From contig JBDOQK010000029.1 in assembly GCA_040437565.1 (NCBI GenBank), positions 186,001 to 250,000 on the forward strand: a DNA stretch of 64,000 bases, given 5' to 3'. The position numbers were made by a program, and so were the translations under genes. The stretch's first letter is position 1, and every line of letters starts with the position of its first letter. Shown in pieces: positions 60,690 to 64,000 of this stretch. The notes under the pieces are model-generated. The model saw nothing but the letters and a program-made list of their open reading frames with translations. It searched no databases and was not told the origin of the DNA. This DNA comes from Albugo candida. Its lineage: Eukaryota.

Positions 60690-60880
60690 TAATTTACATT
60701 TTCGCAAATTCTCATGCTGAAGTTTCATATCATATTGCAGTAAGGCTGCACGCCTCGTTTAGCAAAAGGACTGGCACATTTCCGGATTGTCGGAAACATG
60801 CTTTGCAAGCTTGAATGCTATAGGCTGGAACCATTATTTCAGAGCAGCTAAATACTTTGAAGGTATTGAAGTTTACAATG
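60690..60880 (-). pseudogene. Diverged fragment homologous to 54985-55180
   Basis: ttttcgcaaat..tcatgctgaagtt...tgcac.cctcgtt...actggca...ctttgcaa...tgaatg is shared with 54990-55106. Confidence 0.5.
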
Positions 60881-61599
60881 ACGATTAGGACGAGGCTCCA
60901 CTTGAAGATGTTTATTTAGCTAAATTAGACTAATCACCTTCTCTAAATGCCTAGCCTATCTATCAACTCGTTTCATGATATAGCTTGCTTTAGACACTCT
61001 TGCCTTCCGGCTGCTTTACTCTCTCACAGAGAACGAGACTGCTTCCAGCTTGTAACAATTGCACTTGCACTTCAGCTTCCTGGTCTCGTACGCACAGCAA
61101 TGATTGTTGGCACATGAAAAGCCGCCGAATGTTCCTTGCAGTTACCAATTTAACAAGCCCTGTTGCAAGCTGAATGCGCTGAACTCGGTCATAATACCGC
61201 CTACATGATTACCGAGCATGTGCACACTAAGCGGTGTATATCACAGAAAGCGCTGGCATTGTCAGTATTGATAATCATCGATCAAACAAACGTCGATTCC
61301 ATTACTTATCATGGAGCGCAGCGTCACTGATTGCAATGCAAGCGACAAGTAGGATAAGGTTCACTGGCGGTTCATCTATTACGTCTATGTTGTCGGCATA
61401 ACAGCGCATGCAATGTTTTCCCGAAGCGAATAGGATGAGAAAAATTTGTCTCAAGTCGGGAGAAGCTCGAGCCAAAATTTCGTCTTGTATTCGTACTCGA
61501 GAGAAAGATGCTGATCGGGATGTATTGCTCCACAGGAAGGCTGAGGCACAATATTGACAGAGTGCAGGTTAAAGCGGCAGCATCATGAAATCAGTGAAA

Positions 61600-64000
61600 G
61601 CTGTCAATTTATCAACATTGGCAAGACACCTTCGAAGAGGCCGTGATGAGCCATAAATATCCGAATTGTTCCGTGTCTCTTGCATCCGATCTCTTCGGCG
61701 ATGAAAACGTGTCAACATGAGATGACGCTTGGTTCCTCCGATAGATTTCCAAACGAATGGTGAGAGAAGTGAGCGCGAAAACCTGGTAAAACGTGTCTTT
61801 TCCCTTTCCTTTACACTCCCTTGTAAAATGATATTCCACTTGCGCTAGGTTGGATTCAGATGATGAGACCAATCGTCGAGTCTATACGCTACAGTACCTG
61901 CTTGACTATATTATGATGTCGACCCAGCAACTTTTCTATAGCCATATCCGAAGTATCATGCTCTTCGTCCTTGTAGTATTTTTCGACGAAATATTCTCTT
62001 CGTAGGCCATGTGTCGCCATCTTTGAAAATGTTGTAGATTTCGGATCTCAAAAGCTGTAGCGAAAGTTTCCAAAATTTAAGATGTTGCTCGTCCACCATG
62101 CCAAGATTGTATCAAATATTGTGAGTACTTGGCTACTAGTAGCAGCTTCAAAATGCATAACTTGGCCGCTGTAAAACCTCCGGTTGTTCCATAGAGTACT
62201 AAAGGCGCTGAAAAGATCCAAATCTGAGATTGTAATGCCCCAAACCATTCCATGCGACATTTTGATAGCTTTTTCCACCAAGAGGATGTGCTTCCTTATT
62301 TTACCATTTTCTCACCGCCGTGTGGTGCGATGGGGATGATGACCATCGCCTTGTGTGGTCTAAAGTGAGGGAGGTCAAACAAGTTTTTATAATTCTGTCG
62401 AAGCAATTTTCAAATGCGCAGAAATGAGTGTCGATGCATTGAATTCGAAAAATTGGAGGAATTGGTGGGTTGTAGCTAAGTCGTCGCATCAAGAACTTGT
62501 TTTGTTGTCCATAATATATTGATGAGGTTATGAATAGTCTCTGCTGAGCAGGAGAATGTATACCAAAATCTTTCTTGTTTTTCCGACCAAGCAGCGATCA
62601 ATTCAGCATTGGACATTACTATCGAATTGTCTCTTGTGACTTGTCCATATACTCTGCACAATCGAATATGCACGAACAGTACATCCACGTCGAAACCATA
62701 CAACAAACCCAGCCTAAAAACGCCTGCCGAGAGTTGATAAAACCATCGATTCAGTCAGTATCTGAATGAACCGGCTGTCTGGACCAATTCTTCAAGCCTA
62801 ATATGGGCAAACTGGGAATACGAGAACACGGCATGTTTAGAACTTGAGTGATTTGCACAAGTCCAGCTTTGCACCAGCTATCAAAATAGACTTGGACGAC
62901 TTCGAGTTGCGTCGATATTCGATTCGGTGTTTCTAAGAGCAATTTCGAATCTTTCGAGAAAAATTTTCCGGTTGCGACTATGGTGCATTACAAGTAAATG
63001 CCATGTTCTTCATAGTGGCGCAGTAGCTTTCCCAAAACTTTGTTCATCATCGTTAAAGTATTCGCGAGAGAGGATCACCTTAATTAACTCCAAGTTGTGG
63101 TGCAAAAATGAACGCATAATATTACTACAAAAGGCATCAGCAACGCCTTTGTGTCGGCATACGAAAGCGAACCCAGTCGATAAATAGTTATTTAACGCTC
63201 ATGCTTTCCATATACGTCCGTTAACTCGATCATAGGCTTTCTCTAAGTAGAGGAAAATGGCATACGCTTCTTCTTCCCGATGAGGGGTCCAGTCGTGTAT
63301 ATCGGCAAAATTTCGATTGTGGTGATATATCTACCGTCCTCGCACAATTATAAAAATACATTTACATCGAGACAAGGCAGCGCGATCAGAATACAGTTGC
63401 CAGAACCACATCGTGATCCATTTTTGTACAACAAGAGGGTTGCCGAGTAACTTTGTGATCTAATTAGGATACCTCTTTGCAGATAAAATTCGAAAGATCT
63501 TAAGACACTGTTTGAAGGCTTTTTTAATGAATCCTGTAAGATACAACTGGTACTCTATTGCGGCGAGGAATACTTAGCATGTGCTTGATCTCTTCCGCCA
63601 TATCGTATGTACTTAAGCGAGTTGAGAGACGGTCCTCTCTTCTGACTCGAGGGAAACTTGTTTCGAATGGAGGAGCGTTTTGGATTTCCTATATGGATTA
63701 CTGCCTCGGTTTCTAGGCTTTTGAACGAAACCATGACACAACTTCAATGGTCGCTGAATTCGTCAATAATTTCTCGTGGGTTCGATGTCACGGAGCCACA
63801 TTTCTTTAGTAACTATTTAGATCCAAACTAGACGACAAGAACTATTGTAAGGATAATCGTAATTTTCATCTCCTTTACATTTTGCAATTTTCTCAACCAT
63901 GTTCGAAATTGTCGGAACTCGATTCGAAAAAATGCCGTGCTGGTTGGTTTCTGGACTGCTCTGCGACAAAGCTCTCGCATTATTGGAACTATTATTTATG
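61600..64000 (-). mobile_element. Fossil non-LTR retrotransposon (L1/Tx1-like LINE) reverse transcriptase ORF2, heavily degenerate; boundaries approximate
   Basis: Minus-strand fragments in RT order: SQSYSATLLLYKNGSR..GN...IAL.CLDV (~63360-63470), AYAIFLYLEKAYDRVN (~63220-63270), FIDWVR, GVN*GDPLS (~63065-63091), LGKLLR..EEHGI, FFSKDS (degenerate F/YADD, ~62950). Many stops and frameshifts. Confidence 0.8.

Overview
Eukaryotic, intron-containing genomic scaffold from an oomycete. The compact gene spacing, ~30-70 nt GT-AG introns and retained flagellar genes suggest Albugo, but this taxon call is an inference. There are seventeen 100-N scaffold gaps, most flanked by near-identical direct duplications (unmerged contig overlaps) that create false repeats and frameshifts. 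A gene-dense core (~4.4-53 kb) encodes a GT48 1,3-beta-glucan synthase, an M50B peptidase, a PH/FYVE-like PI4-kinase, a large RAV1/DmX-like protein with DEP- and C2-like C-terminal domains, BBS1, an NDUFA2-like protein, a multi-PDZ protein, an EFCAB10-like protein, REEP/Yop1, LSM14, CYB5D1, a MAN1/Src1-like protein, a class V aminotransferase, a class I DAHP synthase, a tetraspanin and a 44-aa spliced Cys/His microprotein. Both flanks are gene-sparse and decayed. The right flank (53-64 kb) holds the most interesting signal: a ~403-aa, possibly secreted protein that reads like a pepsin-fold (A1) protein with both catalytic Asp motifs lost. Related remnants lie next to it, along with a conserved duplicated 3' block, a MITE-like inverted-repeat element and a fossil L1/Tx1-like non-LTR retrotransposon. 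All calls come from reading motifs by eye; no database searches were run.
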